Below, piece by piece: positions 22,855-35,480 of a stretch of 64,000 nucleotides of DNA (the stretch's first letter is position 1; each line of letters starts with the position of its first letter). The notes under the pieces are model-generated. The model was given only the letters and a program-made list of their open reading frames with translations, searched no databases and was not told the DNA's origin. The DNA lies in NCBI GenBank assembly GCA_028534125.1, contig CM052816.1:15254001-15318000 (forward strand). Direction: 5' to 3'. The stretch is from Lama glama. Taxonomy: Eukaryota. Position numbers and translations under genes: made by a program.

Positions 22855-23095
22855 AATCTTGTGCTTTAATGAAGTACTTTTTCATTATTCTAAAGCCAAC
22901 ATTTGTTGTATCATATAAAATATGTATGCAAAATTTACATACTGTTTCTAATTTTGCTTTAATCTACTCTGGATATAGTATGGCAACTGCATTTGAAAAT
23001 AATAGCCACATTCAAATCATTCATTAACTGGGTAACTATCTCACAAGAGGAAAACCTGTTATTAAAGATAAAAAGATGAGACTAATTCTATTTAC

Positions 23096-23242
23096 CTTCG
23101 GACAACTTCTTTCCACCCTTCTTCTCTTTTTTGCCCCCTTTTAGGGCTAGTCAGATTCAGCTTTATGTTTGAAGAGCTTAATGGCAATGATACTGACTTA
23201 TAGCTTGTTGATAAAGAATTAGGATTTACTTCGCCTTCAAGT
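23096..23242 (-). CDS. ANKHD1: ANKHD1 exon
   Basis: 147 nt. Encodes LEGEVNPNSLSTSYKSVSLPLSSSNIKLNLTSPKRGQKREEGWKEVVR(R). Confidence 0.93.
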
Positions 23243-23716
23243 CTGAGAAAAGAAATATCAAGTCCAATAAAAGATACATTTTAAGATAGGAACTCAAGAG
23301 ATTAGTCCTTTATACACAAGGTATACTGAAATATTTGAGTTAAAATTTGGCACATGAGATTATTAACAATTTAGAAAAACAAAATCAGGTCAGAGTCCAT
23401 CATTTATTTTAGTATTAAAATGGATTCAGAAGCCAAAAGGACTATAATTAGTAAAAATGACATAGTTAAAATAAAATCAATGTATGCTAATATTTCCAAA
23501 TTTAAATTTTAATCTTAAAAGTTCTAATAATCTCATTTCATAACTAGAACATGATTAGGAAGACATTGGTGAATTTGTTTTGAACATTCAAGACAGATAA
23601 TGTGATAAACTTAAATCGTTTAACGCAACTTGGGCTTGAAGAACATACTTCAAGTTCTTCTGCCAGGCGTTAAAAAGAAAAAGTAGGTGAAGAATTAACA
23701 AGTTAGAAAATTTTAC

Positions 23717-24173
23717 CGTGTCTGAGTTTTGGAAGCGGCAGTACTTGTCTTTTCTTCTTGGGAATGGAGTAGCAGTGAGGGGTATCTCCTATCACTAGAG
23801 GAATTCACATCCATAGTGAAATTTAACTCTTGGCTTTTACCACCACTACTACTCTCACTGTTGCAATCTGTGCTGTCCAAGTTATCTGAGTCACTATTCC
23901 CACCTGCACCACCACCTCTGGGCTCTCCATTTATTTTATTCTTATCTGCCTTTTGCTGTGCTAAGGATATATGTTGTTCTGGTAATATTAAATGTGCAGT
24001 GGGAGGGGTCTCCTTTGTTTTGTTCTTCTTATTTTTCCGATTGGTGCTGGGAGTTGTCACAACGTTAGCCCTTTTTTTCCCAAACACGTTTGTGAATGTT
24101 GCAGATGTTGCAGAGATTCCAATTGTGGTGGTGGTGGTCGCACTGGGAGGTTCTATGGGAACTTCTTGTTCCA
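23717..24173 (-). CDS. ANKHD1: ANKHD1 exon
   Basis: 457 nt. Encodes (V)EQEVPIEPPSATTTTTIGISATS...SKTQT(R); atttcag and gtaaaa splice sites. Confidence 0.95.
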
Positions 24174-24955
24174 CTGAAATTATGAAAAAGGATAAAAATC
24201 ACACTGAGAGACACAGATCTCAAAACAAATTGTGACAGAATATACCTTATAATTCGTAATAGTTCAGACTCTTAGGTCATATTTTCCTTTTACCAGTATT
24301 CACTAGTAAGTAAAGAAATCTTTACTACTAGAACAAATGCAAATACACTGTATCATATTTTGATGTCTAACTTGGTATAAAACATACAATTAACATTCTT
24401 AAGATCTGAAATGCTAGTCTCATGAATTAACCAAAAATCTCAATATAGTTTGAATTTAGGAAAATTTTCAAATTGTATTTAAGAAGTATAATTCAAATAG
24501 AACAAAATTATTTGCTTATTACAAGCACTGCCAGACTGTACAATAAAAAAACTCTTTGAGAGTGATGGACACCAGCCCTATGTAGCTACGAGCAACTTAT
24601 GGAAGAACTGGATCTCTCCCCAGTTAGAAACTGGGGAAGGAGAAGGTAGGGAAGAACCTGAAGAGGAGCTGGCAAACCTCTTGCTGTATCACTTCTAGAA
24701 CATATACAATATTTTACAGGGGAACTTAAATTACAACTGAGTATCTTCAAATTATGTGCTTGCCTTCTCCCTTGTTTCTCTGTATCACTTTACAATATAA
24801 AATATTTTAAAATATTTACTACAGAAGTCAATAGTCAATTTCAGATTAAAGCAATTGAATATTTATTTAACTAGAATTAGAACAAAAAGCACTCAGAATG
24901 AAGTTAACAAACGCAGGAGAATTTTTATCACTATTTCAGATGGGTCATTTCTCAC

Positions 24956-25130
24956 CATCTTCATCATTCTCCTCTTCATCTTCATCCTCTGGTAGTTCTG
25001 AATTCTCCTTAGGTTTGTTTTCCTCATCTTCCTCTTGCTTCCTTTTCTGTTCCTCTTTTTTCTTTTTTCTCTTTTCTTTTCTTTTCTCTCTTTTAGCTGC
25101 AAGAGCCTGCTTTCTGCTCTCCTCTCTTGA
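24956..25130 (-). CDS. ANKHD1: ANKHD1 exon (basic coiled-coil / NLS-like then acidic tract)
   Basis: 175 nt. Encodes SREESRKQALAAKREKRKEKRKKKKEEQKRKQEEDEENK...EENDED. Confidence 0.95.
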
Positions 25131-25244
25131 CTGCAGATAAAGTATGTATATCATCTCATCAATAATGAAATAATTTAAAATAAAGAATGAAATAATATTT
25201 TTGTTTATGATACATGGGGATTTCCATGGATGTCAGTCTTAAAC

Positions 25245-26400
25245 ACATTTTTTAAAGCAACAAAGGGAGAAATAGATAAACTGGACATCATCAACATTAA
25301 GTTCTTGTGTTTCAGAGGAACCACCAAGAAGGAGACAAGACAACCCATAAAATGGCGGAAAAAATTTGCAAATCTTACATCTGGTAAGGGCCTTTATCAA
25401 AAATTTATAAAGAACTTTCACAACTCTATAATGAAAAGACAAATAACTCAATTAAAAAATGGGCAAAGGATCTGAAAAGACATTTCTCCAAACAACATAT
25501 ATAAATGGTCAATAAACACATGAAGAGATAGATGCTCAATATCACAAGCCATCAGGGAAAAGCAAAGCAAATCACAATGAGATACCCACTTCACAATCAC
25601 TAGGATGGCTATAATAAATAAAACAAATCATGGTGAGGATGTGAAGAAATTCCAGCCTTCATATACTGCTGTTAGGATCATAAAATGGTGTAGCTACCTT
25701 GGAAAACAATCTGGCAGTTCTTCAAATGGTTAGAGATTACCATATGATCTAGATTGCTAGATATATATACCCTAGAGAAATGAAAACATACTTGTACAAA
25801 AACTTGTACATCAGGCTCACTTCAGCAGCACATATACTGAAAAACTGAAATAATACAAAGAATATTAGCATGGCTCCTACACAAGGATGACATGCAAATT
25901 CATGAAACATTCCACGCTAAAACAAAGCAAACAAAAAACTTGCAACCTATGAAGTGGAAACAACCTAAATTCCCATCAACTAATAAATGGATACACAAAA
26001 TGTAGTATATCTATATAATGGGATATTATTCAGCAATAAAAAGAAATGAAATCTTGATACATGCTACAAGATGGATGAACCTTGAAAACATTATGAAGCA
26101 AAAGAAGCCTGTCATAGAGGACCAAATACTATGTGATTCCATTTATATGAAATGTCCAGAGTATGCAAAAGTACAGAGACATAAAGTAGATTAGTGGGTT
26201 GTAGGATGAAGGGATTGAAGGGATGGTGGATGATACCTAAGGGATGTAGGGTTTCTTTCTGGGATGATGAAAATGTCCTAAAATTGATTGTGGTGATGAA
26301 GGCACCTCTCTGAATATACTAAAAGCCACTGAACTGTATACTTTGAATGGGCAAATTGTATGGTATGTGAATTAAACCTTAGTAAAGCTGTTAAAAAATA
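25245..26400 (+). mobile_element. L1 (L1M-type) ORF2 end and 3' UTR, interrupted by the U6 copy
   Basis: aatagataaactggacatcatcaacattaa...aaaaatgggcaaaggatctgaaaagacatttctcc...atggatgaaccttgaaaacattatg...taaagctgttaaaaaa. Confidence 0.8.
25814..25914 (+). pseudogene. U6 snRNA retropseudogene
   Basis: gctcacttcagcagcacatatact...ttagcatggctcctacacaaggatgacatgcaaattcatgaaacattcca aligns to U6 with CpG decay. A-rich tail and flanking repeat aaaaacttg. Confidence 0.92.
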
Positions 26401-26786
26401 CATTTATATGGCATCTGTTTGACTAAAATGCAGCTATTATGATCTTCATAAGATATTAACAAATTTCACTATGAAAATATCGATGAGAGGCCATTATAGA
26501 AAAAATTTTTTCTTACTTTATAGAGTTTTACTTTGGTTAGTACTAGAAAATACCTTTTTTTTTTTTTTTCAGAAAAGGGAACATGTAATAGTTGCCTAGC
26601 ATCATAATGAAAGTCTGAAGCAAACAGAAGCACATCAAGTTACTCATATTTCTATGGAAATTATCCAAAAAAGTCTCACCATAAAAATTTGCCAATGAAG
26701 TCCAGTTTTCCTGGTCATAAAGTAAAGCATTTTCCTCATCCTGAGTCATAAATTGGTTACTCTTTGAAATTCTTATTTGTCTAAAT

Positions 26787-27114
26787 CAGGCGTCGGCAAA
26801 CTGTATATATGGCCTAAATGCCAAATCCAGTCTGCTGTCTGTGTTTCTATGGCCTGAAAGCTAGACTCACTTTTACATTTTAAATGGTTGAAAAAAAAAT
26901 ACAAAGAATATTCTGTGACATGTGAAAATTATATGAAATCAAAATTTTGGTGTTCATAAATAAAGTTCTATTGGAACATTCATTTAGCCACTGTCTATGG
27001 GCATTTTCGTGCTACAATAGTAGAATCAAGGAGTTATGCCAGAGATCATGTGGCCTACAAAGCCTAAAATATTTACACTTTGTTATTTTATAGAAAAAGT
27101 TTGTCAATCCCCTA
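26787..27114. mobile_element. MER58-like hAT-Charlie relic
   Basis: Termini caggcgtcggcaaact ... agtttgtcaatcccct, and the internal motif gcctacaaagcctaaaatattta. Confidence 0.7.
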
Positions 27115-28516
27115 TATAAATGAGAAAGGGGCTGAAGACTGAAAGAAGAGACTGTATATTCAGCTAACAATTATTTTATCACTCTGTTGGCATTAGAGCA
27201 AATTGGCTGTTTAAGGAATTGCTGACCATATCCCTGGTAGTTACACAAAAAATAAACATTTTAGACATGGGAGGGACTTGGTAGTCATCTAACTTCAAAC
27301 TTCACTTTATTTAAAAATGAATATAACATTTTTTCCCCTTCTGATTTTAACTGTAATCAAGTTCATCATGGAGGTACTAAAATTTATTTAATTCCATAAT
27401 GATAAAACTTTTAAGGATAACACTTTTCCCCATTCATTATAAGCAACGTAACAGTGACTGTCCTTACACAATCACATCTTTGAGCATTTGTCTAATTACA
27501 TACCTCAGGCTAAATTTCTATAACAGGAACGGGTAGAGTAAGAACCCTTTTAAATAAGTCGCTTGTCAAATCATCTCCATCAACAGTTATACTAATTTAC
27601 ACCACGCATCAAAAATCATACTAGAGTGCTAATTTCTCTACAGCTTTGCTATCAATAGCTATTACCAAATCTTCAAATTTTAAGTTTTGCTAATCTGGTA
27701 AAAAATTTTAAATCACTCTGTTACTGTGCATTTCTCTGTTTATTCATGAAGTTGAGCATTCTCCATCTACTTATTGAATTTATATATTTCTTTTTCTGTG
27801 AATTGCCCATTCATATGGTCATTTTTTATTCTGGGAAAATTATCTTTTTCTCATTGATTTGTAAGCAATCTGTTCTTCTGTTCTTAACAAGTTTTTTTTT
27901 TTTAAACGAAGAATTGGTGTCAAAATTTTCAAATCTCTCAAAATGATTCTATTTTTTTCTTCCTTTAATCATAAACAAAATATATTAATGTTAAGCTATC
28001 TCCTGCATTCCTGTAATAACTATTTGATCATGGTGCTCATTTTTTAATACAACTTCTGGGTTCACTAACAATACTTTCATTTTCTAGATAAGCAGACTGG
28101 GCCTCAGAAAAGTGATCTTCAAAAAAAAAATTTTTTTTTCCATTATATTACCACACATCCTAGGATATTTAGATACTTACTCTTTAATTTAGGATCTAAT
28201 GAACCACTTATATCCCAGATCTTACACTAAACAAAAGATTTCCAATGTTTTAATAAATTTCTCACACTAACGTTAAAGCCACATAGATATTAATGTCATC
28301 TGAAAAACTGTGATCTGCTCAAAAATTAATTCCAAAAATGGTTCAAAAATTTTTTTTGATAAATAATAGATCAGAATTTTAAAAATCAGTGGTGGTTTGA
28401 TAATCTATCAATCATTTTTTAAAGTGATTTTGTTAAGATTATTGGCCATGTAGGTGGCAAATTTATTCTAGTAGATTATCAACAATTTCTATAAGGAAAA
28501 TTATTTTTCCACTCAC

Positions 28517-28633
28517 CTTTTCCAGATCAAGTTCCTTTAAAAGAATACTTGCATTCTTATTTGCTTCTGCAGCCTGCTGGTCTTTAGCCTTCACAATTGT
28601 CTCAACACACTGGTGACATTTTTTCAACAGTTC
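28517..28633 (-). CDS. ANKHD1: ANKHD1 exon
   Basis: 117 nt. Encodes ELLKKCHQCVETIVKAKDQQAAEANKNASILLKELDLEK; donor gtgagt. Confidence 0.95.
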
Positions 28634-29104
28634 CTATATTGGAAAATGGAACTATATAAATATAGGAACACATAACATAAACAAGCCAAATAAAACTTGA
28701 GCTTATGAGTATTCCACAGTCCAGGGCCTAAAGCTCAAATTGCTGAATATTAACTAAACCAAATTAAGCTATCCTTTGAATCATGTATTAATCTTTTATC
28801 AAAATAAGGTATCATTTCCTAAAAAGTTTGTACATTCTTAGAAAAATTTCTAATCAGTCTAATAGTCTGGTAATAAACTTTAGCTGCAATCACTGAATTA
28901 TGATCCATAATTAGAAGAAAATCTCAAAATAATTTATGAAAAATATGCCCATTATTCATTTCGCAAATGGAGAAACTAAAACATAGAAAGATGAGTTTAT
29001 CAGTCTCATAGAGGACAAAAAGAACAGGTTGCTAACTATACACTTTGGCATATAATTCCACAAAGAACAAAAATGTGTTTCAACAAACAGTATATTGAAC
29101 CTAC

Positions 29105-29200
29105 CTTATCTGTAATTGTTGCTATGTATCTCATGCATTCTATATCAGAAGGGAACTGATTTACTTCCTTCACCAAATACTGAACAACTTTTACATGACC
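29105..29200 (-). CDS. ANKHD1: ANKHD1 exon (end of second ankyrin cluster)
   Basis: 96 nt. Encodes GHVKVVQYLVKEVNQFPSDIECMRYIATITDK. Confidence 0.95.
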
Positions 29201-29421
29201 CTGTAAGAAGTACAACAAAATATACAAAAATGATCCCTTGAAATTGGCCCACACACTTAAAACTTAAGGGTAAAAGAAAGGTACAATAACACTTGGGAGT
29301 TTACTAAACTTAAAACTGAAATTATGAGAATAAAAACAGTGTTGAGTTTATAAACAGAAAAAGAGAAGTACAACATGCTCAGGAATACATGATGGACCAA
29401 AAGACATTTCTCCTGAATTTA

Positions 29422-29521
29422 CTGTTTCTTTTTTTTTTTTTTTAATAGATGTACTGGGGATTAAACCTAGGACCTCATGCATGCTAAGCATGCTCTATAC
29501 CACTGAGCTATACCCTCCCCC
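29422..29521 (-). mobile_element. tRNA-derived SINE, short form
   Basis: tRNA-like head plus poly(A) only. Perfect 14-bp target-site duplication ttctcctgaattta at 29408-29421 and 29522-29535. Confidence 0.9.
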
Positions 29522-30989
29522 TTCTCCTGAATTTAATCTGCCCTTTTCTCACTGAAAATAGAAAAACTTTTGTAGAAAAACATTATCTCTTGGAATAAAT
29601 CTATTAGTAAAACAAAAATTCGTGGTATGAAATGAGTCAAAATATAAAAGGGAGATTAGTCCTAAAACAAAGAGGATGTTCTAGATTTCAAAGCATTATT
29701 TTGGCCCTCTCTTAACCAACTAAACAAGGTGGACTGTTACATTTATCTGATTCCTATGTCTTGAATCTAGGTAAAATACTTTCTAAATGTTATTATTAGG
29801 GGCTGGATGATCTGCAATCAATTATAAGTGTATCTATTTTAATACAGCCAAACTTGCATATTTTCTCCTACTAAGGTTCTCAAACTTCTTCAAGCATTAG
29901 TCTGATGGTGACAAAAATCAGAAAACTGGTTGCCTCCGGGGCAGGAAATTAATTGAGAATGAGCATGATGGAACTTTCGAGGATTATGTTAAGTACTTTA
30001 TATCTTTATGGAAAATGGGTTACATGAGTGTATGCCTTAATCAAAACTCATTCAACTATGTACCTTAGATTTGTGTGTTTCACTATATATATAAATTATA
30101 CCTTAATTAAAAGGAAAGAAAAAAATTTTTAATGAAAATATTTAAGATTTTCATTAAAGACACAAAACTTACACTCATTCAATAGTTATTTAGTGACCAC
30201 CTATTAAATGTATGGCTCTGTGCTAAATAACTGGGTATAAACAGAAGTGAAAAAGACAGTCATGAATCTTGGCCTCCATGGATCTTCCAGTCTGACTGGG
30301 GAGATGAGCATTAAAAAGTAAATACATATTTGAATGTATAAATACAAAATGAGATAAGAAAAATAATAGTGTACTATAAAAGAGAACAAGAGAAACTTTT
30401 CAGATTAGGAGTTAGAATTCTCTGAGAAGTGACATTTAAGGACAGTTAGACATTAAAGAATGAGTAGAAGTAAGTCCAGTGAAGAGCGAGGGAAAGAACA
30501 TTTCAGGAAAAGAAAACCAGTGAGCAAAGGGGAAGGGTAGTAGAAATGACTGGTCTGAGGCTGGCATGAGCCATATCATGCAGAGTTTGTAAGCCATGAT
30601 AAGTAGTTTATAGTTTATGATAATTGTAATGGGGATAATTATAACACATGAGCCTTAATATACATAAGAGGTATAATATATTTTTATGAGAGCCCACTTG
30701 TTTTTGGTCCTCCCTAGGTAGAAAAAACATCCATCTGCATATAATATCTGTCCTTAAATCTCATGTTTTATGTACTAGTCAAGACACCAGATGATTAACC
30801 AACAAAGTTGCTTTTAGGTAACTGCATGTAGCTCTTAGATTTGGGATCAAAGATAGTGGAAAAATAGCAGCAGTCTGTGTATAGAAATAGAGTCAATTCT
30901 TCAAGACCAATTTTCTTTCTTTCTCACATGATTTCAACTTAAAACTTAATAATTTTAAACAAATTCTACCTTTCCCCCCTACAAGTTAC

Positions 30990-31152
30990 CTTGCGAAATG
31001 CTGACATAAGAGGTGTGATCTTCCGGTTATCTGCTGCATCCACATCAGCACCTGCTTGCACTAGCAACTGTACCACATCAAAATGACCACCATTGGATGC
31101 CAACCAAAGTGGCGTGTTTCCTTTCTTGTTACGAACGTCAATATGGGCTCCC
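30990..31152 (-). CDS. ANKHD1: ANKHD1 ankyrin-repeat exon
   Basis: 163 nt. Encodes GAHIDVRNKKGNTPLWLASNGGHFDVVQLLVQAGADVDAADNRKITPLMSAFRK. Confidence 0.95.
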
Positions 31153-31369
31153 CTATAAAATGAAAGAATGTTACTATAGCTTCTTTCCTGTGAGAAGAGG
31201 CTCATTTTTTCTATTTTTCTCTAATTTGTCTTTTAGTCTTTTAAAAATAGCAAACAAATAATCTTTCTTTAAAATGTCAATAAAGTAAAACAATTTTATT
31301 AACTGTAAAGGCTCTGAAAAGTGAAAGGGATCATAGGAAATTCTATAAATAAATGTAAAATTTACACAC

Positions 31370-31545
31370 CTATTAATCAGGAGCTCACAAAATTTGTAGT
31401 GACCTTTGTCAGCTGCTATTGTTAAAGCAGTATCTCTTGAGGAAGGCACAGGGGGAGCATTGACATCTGCTCCTTTATCTAGGAGAACTCTTCCAACCTC
31501 TGCATATCCTCCAGAAGCAGCTTCCATCAAGGGAGTAAGACCAGT
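31370..31545 (-). CDS. ANKHD1: ANKHD1 ankyrin-repeat exon
   Basis: 176 nt. Encodes TGLTPLMEAASGGYAEVGRVLLDKGADVNAPPVPSSRDTALTIAADKGHYKFCELLIN(R). Confidence 0.95.
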
Positions 31546-32915
31546 CTGTTTAAACCAAAAAATTATCTGAGTAAGTTATGTTAATTTATTTAAAGGACTT
31601 AAACAATTGACATATAAGTGGATTCTACTTCTGATTTTCTCTCACAAGAGGGCTAGGCAATATTCATTTTTGAACTTTACTAAATAGCAAGTGAAAACTT
31701 ATATTCAGTTAGAAATGCTAGAATGAATTCACTTATATTACTTTATGCTAAAAAAATAAACAATTTCATAACTTCTTTACTGTTATAAATTTACATGATA
31801 CAATAATTTCTCTACACAATGAATAGAGATATTAAAAATGAATAAAATGAAAATTAATATGGCACAATGTTCAATGGGAAAACTTTGTTTAGAATATATT
31901 CTGAGAATGCAGTTTGCTAAATAACCCAGGATAAATTCCTTAAATCTTACTCAAACTTGGGTAAAACAGATTAAAATATCATTTCATAAATTTTATGCAT
32001 GTGTCTTTTCCTCATTAGTCTCCAACATTTGCCAAAAGACATTTCTGACTGGTATCATTTCCAAAATAATAATGGATTTCTCTAGTACTTCTAATGGATA
32101 AATGGGCCACAGTGAATACTTGTACAAAAGATAAAACTGGATAGCAAGAAAGGCTCATTTCTCTTTGTACAATGGAAAGTCTGAGGGAAAAGTACACTTC
32201 CTCATTTCTTAGATTAAAAGAAAGTAAATTTTGCATTAAATTTTAAGAAATACAAATAACAAAGATCAGGGGAAAATATTTTCATTCAAACCTTTCCAAT
32301 TTGAAATGACTACCAGATTGGTCACTGTCTGATTATAAAGAATTGTCCAAAAGCTACATATTTCTAGGGCCCTATGCACCTAATAGTTCTAAGGAAAGAA
32401 ATTCAAAACACTGCCATACTAACTCCTACTTTCTAAATGCCAAATAGTCATGAAATTGTCAGAATTTATCATGGTCAGATTAGATTTTAGTTGTCTCGGT
32501 TTTACAATTTATGCAGTAATTTTTTGATTGGGGTTTTTACCAATAGTAGGCACATGCCTCATGAAAGTATCTAATTAAAGCTCTCTACAAAATTATCTTA
32601 CTACAAAAATATATCACTATAAAATAATTTTACTACATTCAGAAGTTGCAAACTAGATAATTAATAGAGAGCCACTCAAGGCCGAAGATGAAAAAAATAC
32701 TGATTCTATTTTTCTTCACTGTACTTAATAAAAGTCATGAATGGTGATAGTGTGTCACTGACCATTGTATAGTATAATTTTCTAATCCTGCCTTGGGGCA
32801 TCAGTTTTAACTTATGACAATTTAAAATAGTACATTCAATTTGAGTTCAGATGCCATACATGCTTTTTCCACTAGAAATATATCTGAAGTAGTTGACAAA
32901 TTATAAAATGCTTAC

Positions 32916-33129
32916 CTTTGCTCTATGTTCAACATTGGCTTTTCGGTCCAGAAGCAAACTCACGACTTCTGCTCGGCCTTGGAAACAGGCCAAGGTGAGA
33001 GCCGTGTTCCGATTGGTCTCTATTTGGGCATTAATGTCTGAACCCATATCAAGCAGCAGTTTCACTGCAGGAACATGTCCATTCATCGCAGCCAACATCA
33101 GGGGAGAAATACCCAGTTTACTCCCAGTC
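32916..33129 (-). CDS. ANKHD1: ANKHD1 ankyrin-repeat exon
   Basis: 214 nt. Encodes TGSKLGISPLMLAAMNGHVPAVKLLLDMGSDINAQIETNRNTALTLACFQGRAEVVSLLLDRKANVEHRAK. Confidence 0.95.
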
Positions 33130-33561
33130 CTAAGGGGGGAAATGTGCTTAGAAAATTAAAATAATATGTTGCCTATTGTTTTTTAAAAAGCATAGACAAC
33201 ATAAAAGATGAAAAAGTTTTAGTAAAAAGAAAGGTTTCTAATGCCAATGAATAATTTTGTTTAGACTAATAATTAAGAATAGGAAAATCTCACAATTTAA
33301 AACATAATCCCTATTTACAGCTATCAATTTTCAACTATGTATAACAAAGTATTTTCTGAAATAAGACCTCTTTAAAAACAGCCACGTTAGCTGAAGCAAG
33401 CTTGGATTACTTATAAGCACATTATAGGAATTAATTGTTGGCCTTGCAACTTTAGTGCTATCTTAATTAAAAATGGTACCTGTCCATTTAGGAGAAAAAC
33501 ATTTAACTCCAAGGCAGTAATTTACTAATCATGAGTAATAAAATGAAAAGGTGATAGATAC

Positions 33562-33704
33562 CTTGAATTAATTTCTGCCCCAGCATTAAGCAGAATCTTA
33601 ATGATATTAACATATCCTCCAGATGCTGCTAGACTCAGTGGTGTATAATCAGAAACATTTCTATGTTCTTTATTTGCACCTCGAGCCAGTAGCAAGTCTA
33701 CCAC
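33562..33704 (-). CDS. ANKHD1: ANKHD1 ankyrin-repeat exon
   Basis: 143 nt. Encodes VVDLLLARGANKEHRNVSDYTPLSLAASGGYVNIIKILLNAGAEINS(R). Confidence 0.95.
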
Positions 33705-34205
33705 CTACAAAGCAAAATAGAACAGAGAAGTCAAGTTTACACCAAGGGTTCACCTTATAGTGAAGGAAGCAGAAAGAAATGGAACCTATAACTTCCTTGT
33801 CTAAATATCAGACATTTTAATTAGATCCTAAACATTCAAATATTGGCACTAGAGAAATGAATTCAATTCCATATTGAGGAATCAGAGCTATGATATCCCA
33901 ATTATATTGAAATAATAAGATGTTAGTCTTTCTATTCATCAATTTTTAAGTGATGAATTTGCTTTTCATATGTGTTAGGATTGTGCTTCATTCAGTCCCA
34001 ATAAATGTTAGAATAAAGGAAATTTTTATTTTGCCAAAAAGGCAACAGATTCCTTAAAAGAGCATTTACTAGTCTCATTATAAACTTAGTATATAGAACA
34101 CGTCAAAGCACATGCAAGTTTTATTCATGTAGCTAAATTACTAAACATATGCATATTTAAAATACAAGTAAACTATTTATAAAATGAAAATTAACATTAA
34201 TATAC

Positions 34206-34351
34206 CTCTTGCCGTCCACCAGAACATGCCAATGAAAGTGGAGTATCCTTAGTTCGTTCAGATTGTGCTTCTATATCTCCACCTTTATCCAAAAGGATTT
34301 CAACAACTCCAACATGCCCTGCTGTTGCTGCCAGGATCAGTGGTGTGAAAC
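34206..34351 (-). CDS. ANKHD1: ANKHD1 ankyrin-repeat exon
   Basis: 146 nt. Encodes (G)FTPLILAATAGHVGVVEILLDKGGDIEAQSERTKDTPLSLACSGGRQE. Confidence 0.95.
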
Positions 34352-34708
34352 CTAAATCAGAAAATAAAAATCTCAGACAAATTTGTGGTTTTTACTTGTT
34401 AAGTCACTGCTTTTAATTCTCTACTGTTTTAGTAGGAAAAGGTCTTTAGGGCAGATACTTATTGATACCTCTGCATGCTCTATTTTTAGATTAAGAAGAA
34501 AGGCAACCACAACTTCCTGTACCTGCTTGAAAGTACTGAATTTCTGAAGGATAATTTGGCTCTGTAGATAAACAAATCTGGAGATTCCTATCGAAATATG
34601 CTAACCTATCTTTTTACTGAGATAGTCTAGGAACTACTTATCGATAGTGAAAAAACAAATAGTTCTCTGATGTAATTACACTCAGACTTTATTTCTAACA
34701 TTTCTTAC

Positions 34709-34820
34709 CCTTTTTGTCTCTGTGTTCAATTTTAGCATCTCGTGCAATGAGTACAGATACAAGTTCTTCATGACCACCTGCACAAGCTAACGTTAATGCT
34801 GTGTCATGATTGCTCTCAGT
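34709..34820 (-). CDS. ANKHD1: ANKHD1 ankyrin-repeat exon
   Basis: 112 nt. Encodes TESNHDTALTLACAGGHEELVSVLIARDAKIEHRDKK. Confidence 0.95.
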
Positions 34821-34987
34821 CTAGGAGAAGGAAAAAAAAAGTTAGTTTTCTTCCTGTTTACTACGGGATTATCAGTTGAAGAGCAAATAACATTTATTTT
34901 CACAATTAATGTACAATGATTATTTTCCTTTCCAAACAAAGAAAATTAGAATGTGCAAAATAAGTTTAAATAAAGCAGTCTACTCAC

Positions 34988-35133
34988 GTGTGCATCAATG
35001 TCAACTGAAGGGTACACAGGGGGCATAGACTGGGAAGCCACATTGCTTGGAGACTGCGAACAGGGATCAGGTGTAAGACATTCTGTGGTCTGAGAGGAAC
35101 TGCTTGAACCAGCGGGAATTCTGCTACTCACAG
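34988..35133 (-). CDS. ANKHD1: ANKHD1 exon
   Basis: 146 nt. Encodes (A)VSSRIPAGSSSSSQTTECLTPDPCSQSPSNVASQSMPPVYPSVDIDAH; donor gtgagt. Confidence 0.93.
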
Positions 35134-35224
35134 CTGAAAAACAATATTCATATTGCTGAATTCTACTTAAAAAAGTAAAGTCATTTATGTACAGAAAAAT
35201 ACAGAAAATAGAAAATTCCATAGC

Positions 35225-35480
35225 AGTAGTATAATGTAGTAGCAGTTAAATCACAAGCTTTGGAGTCAGATGGACATATGTTTGAATCCCAGTTCCACCA
35301 ATAAACTTTCTGACTGTAGTCAAGTAATTTAACCTCTCTGAACCTCAATTTCCTTTTATCTAAAATGGGGATGATAATTATAGTACTCCCCTTGTAAGGC
35401 TGTTGGAAAGACCACTTGAGATAATAAAGTAAAATGCTGAGCATGGTACCTGATGATTAGTACATATACAACAAATGGTA
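35225..35480 (+). mobile_element. MIR SINE
   Basis: ctttggagtcaga...tttgaatcccagttccacc...aagtaatttaacctctctgaacctcaatttccttttatctaaaatggggatgataat. Confidence 0.75.

Larger units (their letters stand above)
21675..22892 (+). pseudogene. UBE2N: Processed UBE2N (Ubc13) pseudogene, antisense within an ANKHD1 intron
   Basis: ATG at 21760. Degenerate MAWVSHRIIKETQCLLAKPNESNTHYFHVVI..., KIYHLNV, LGTIYL/DILK, then RLYAMNNT-TAA (22047). Intronless, with frameshifts and stops. The following ~800 nt resemble the recalled UBE2N 3' UTR. Outer ends are approximate. Confidence 0.9.

Noticed and set aside
23729..24235. 168-aa plus-strand ORF (likewise 14550-14762, 19867-20178, 24898-25140, 32893-33159, 41259-41534)
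   Set aside because: Antisense shadows of ANKHD1 coding exons with no independent splice or promoter evidence.
30128..30158. 12-bp perfect inverted repeat tttaatgaaaat / attttcattaaa
   Set aside because: Short, AT-rich and next to an L1 tail; plausible by chance in this composition.
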